Position numbers and translations under genes: made by a program
The notes under the pieces: model-generated
Told to the model about the DNA's origin: nothing
Database searches by the model: none
Seen by the model: only the letters and a program-made list of their open reading frames with translations
Assembly: GCA_964036045.1 (NCBI GenBank)
Contig: OZ038378.1
Location: 105,648,001-105,712,000 of the forward strand
Length of the DNA stretch: 64,000 nucleotides
Reading direction: 5' to 3'
Origin: Eutreptiella sp. 'Long Island Sound 2002'
Lineage: Eukaryota > Protista > Euglenida
In this document: positions 62,182 to 64,000 of the stretch, in pieces
Layout of the letters: each line of letters starts with the position of its first letter
Position numbering within the stretch: the stretch's first letter is position 1

Positions 62182-62993
62182 AAAAAACAGGGCTAGGAGT
62201 TGCGAGGCAGACCCTCGCATCCATAACGACGTCATATGCGATGAAACGGAGGTCCCCAGGTTTCGGGGACAGTGACACACCTACCGTCGCGTGAGCCTCT
62301 CCGGGGGACATATATCAGGTGATATCGCGGGGGTTGGTACTTTTTGGTTTGTTCCCCACTACTACTACGTACACCACGCGGTCTTACGAGGGGTTATCAG
62401 TCGTTTTTATCAGGTGTTCGACATGATTGGTGAGGTGCTGCTCAATTGCCTGTACCATGAGGTCACGATGCAACACCTCGGTCGCCTGTTTCTGTACCGG
62501 TAGGGATGACGTGAGCACGCCGTGCTTCTGCAGTGTATTGAGGGTTTCGTTGAAGCGGAGGTGGTGCACAATCAATGTGCCAACGTTTCAAAGGCCACTA
62601 CTGGAGTCCCTGTTTTGAAAGAACAGGATAATATTTTCGAGAACACAAAACAACAGCACATATTCCAATGGCACCCTGGAAATACAACCCTTGAAAACCA
62701 CCCCCTCGCGGAGTACGGTGACGGTGACCCGTTCCCTGATGTATAATGTTTTCATTTTATTATCGCTCATCGATAGTGCAATTTTGGTTATTATGGTGAG
62801 CATAACCTGGCATACCAAGAATACCCCCCCAAAGCAGCCATTTTGGCACATGTACCTAGTCGTTCCGTGTGCCCATGGGATATAAAAAAATGAGTTTAGC
62901 ACCCTGAAAATAGGGGGGGGGGTCAAAAAACCAGAAAGCCAATTCCATACACCCACACCCGTGTGTGGCAATCTACAATTTTTCAGGTATTGG

Positions 62994-63092
62994 GCAGTAT
63001 ACTCGAAGTATTGGAGAAGTATTCTTGCCGTATACTTCGGAGTTTACGGCCGTATACTCAGAAGTATACGGCCGTATACTTGGAGTATACGG
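62994..63092. repeat. Cluster of GTATAC / GGCCGTATACT palindromic motifs
   Basis: Five exact GTATAC palindromes plus variants within 100 bp. Confidence 0.65.
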
Positions 63093-63341
63093 GGACTTTC
63101 TGCGTCCCACCCATGCCACCATTCTCATCAACTACCCCCCCCCCCCCCTTGCAAGTACTCATGACCCTGCAACCCCCAAACACATTGTACACACAAAAGA
63201 GCACCATATGAGCAAAGCAGAAGACCACAAGAAGCAACCTTGTTTGATGTCTCATCCGAAATGTCAAATGTGATCCACTTCCCCATGTTATATATACCTA
63301 ATATACACACTTACGCATATTGCACATCACATGATATATAC

Positions 63342-64000
63342 CTACATGTGCTTTGGTGCACGATGCTTCTTCCGCATGCGTTGCATGCCAAACTTGATCC
63401 CCTCTCTACCCAAACCCTTTTCCCCAAACCACAACCGGATGCCCCAATCAAGGGCATCCAGGTGCAGAGCATGCCTTAGTCCCCATCGGGTGACATAAGG
63501 CTTGCTCAGCTTCCACCCTTGAAAACAATGGCGGATGTCCATTTTAAAACTTTTGTTCCTCCATTCCGTGGGAATGGAGGAAAACTTAATAAAATTCCCC
63601 CACCTTTGGAGGTGTGCTCTGCTGTGGCACACCACCCAATGCACCCAAACCGGAACACTCCACCCCAATGCCCCCCATGCCTTGGTGAATTGTGTAACCA
63701 TGGATGCATAACGTTGGCGTTGATCCATGGGAACAGGACCCACATGGCGCCAAATCTTTTGCATATAGTAACAGGCCTGCAACATGAGGTGCAGGACAGC
63801 ACTGGTTTTGAGCCACCTGTTGCCCTCCCACTTCACAACATGGGTACAATACATTGCAACAATGCGCACCAACTCGGCGTGCAACTCAGGTGTCTCGAAA
63901 AAAAGACGGGAGGCGTTAATGTCGAGAGTGTGTTCCTTCTCTTTCGAGGGAGCACGCATCACTCTCTCAGCCACAGGGATGTGCTTTGCTTCTTGCCGGA
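63342..64000 (-). CDS. RAG1/Transib-like DDE transposase, C-terminal part, open at the window edge
   Basis: The frame is stop-free from 63998 to the stop at 63342. VHWVVCHSRAHLQRWGNFIKFSSIPTEWRNKSF has H-x4-H, then G+9, S+16, E+20, NK+23/24 and F+26, the same offsets as RAG1 [33 protein letters not shown]. Confidence 0.75.
   Translation of the reverse strand, partial: RQEAKHIPVAERVMRAPSKEKEHTLDINASRLFFETPELHAELVRIVAMYCTHVVKWEGNRWLKTSAVLHLMLQACYYMQKIWRHVGPVPMDQRQRYASMVTQFTKAWGALGWSVPVWVHWVVCHSRAHLQRWGNFIKFSSIPTEWRNKSFKMDIRHCFQGWKLSKPYVTRWGLRHALHLDALDWGIRLWFGEKGLGREGIKFGMQRMRKKHRAPKHM

Noticed and set aside
63181-63200. CACATTG...ACAAAAG as an RSS-like or Transib TIR
   Set aside because: The heptamer has a mismatch and the spacer is only 5 nt; the other end is outside the window, so no TIR pair or TSD can be shown.
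59000-63300. RAG2-like kelch partner, or Polinton/virophage hallmark genes (capsid, pATPase, PolB)
   Set aside because: No kelch repeats, Walker A motif or polymerase motifs were recognisable in these ORFs.
1-64000. Fanzor/TnpB, rRNA, tRNA or spliced-leader RNA genes
   Set aside because: No RuvC-plus-zinc-finger motif series or recognisable structural RNA was seen by eye; covariance-model searches were not run.

Overview
Repeat-rich eukaryotic nuclear DNA. It has canonical GT-AG introns, TTAGGG telomere-like tracts, and no operons, rRNA, tRNA or CRISPR. A protist host, possibly euglenozoan, is inference only. Two host genes can be reconstructed on the minus strand. One is a 3-exon DUF1624/HGSNAT-like membrane protein (31435-22742, 476 aa) with large TE-filled introns. 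The other is a 2-exon GT2 plus GT25-like glycosyltransferase fusion (54327-52488). There is also an orphan CCCH zinc-finger exon. Most of the rest is nested mobile DNA: a gag-like plus tyrosine-recombinase element, a DIRS-type RT/RNase H relic interrupted by an ankyrin fragment, three LINE-type RNase H tails, pogo-derived MITEs with poly-C/poly-G termini and TA TSDs, hAT MITEs, a single-ORF PIF/Harbinger element with its MITE, and a repeat family capped by telomeric repeats. The last 7 kb hold a compact intronless ORF cluster (Ulp1-like protease, ricin-B-like protein, hydrolase-like and unknown ORFs). It ends in a stop-free ORF, open at the window edge, whose C-terminus matches the RAG1/Transib H-x4-H...E-x2-NK catalytic region without gaps. 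All family assignments come from motif recognition by eye; no database searches were run.
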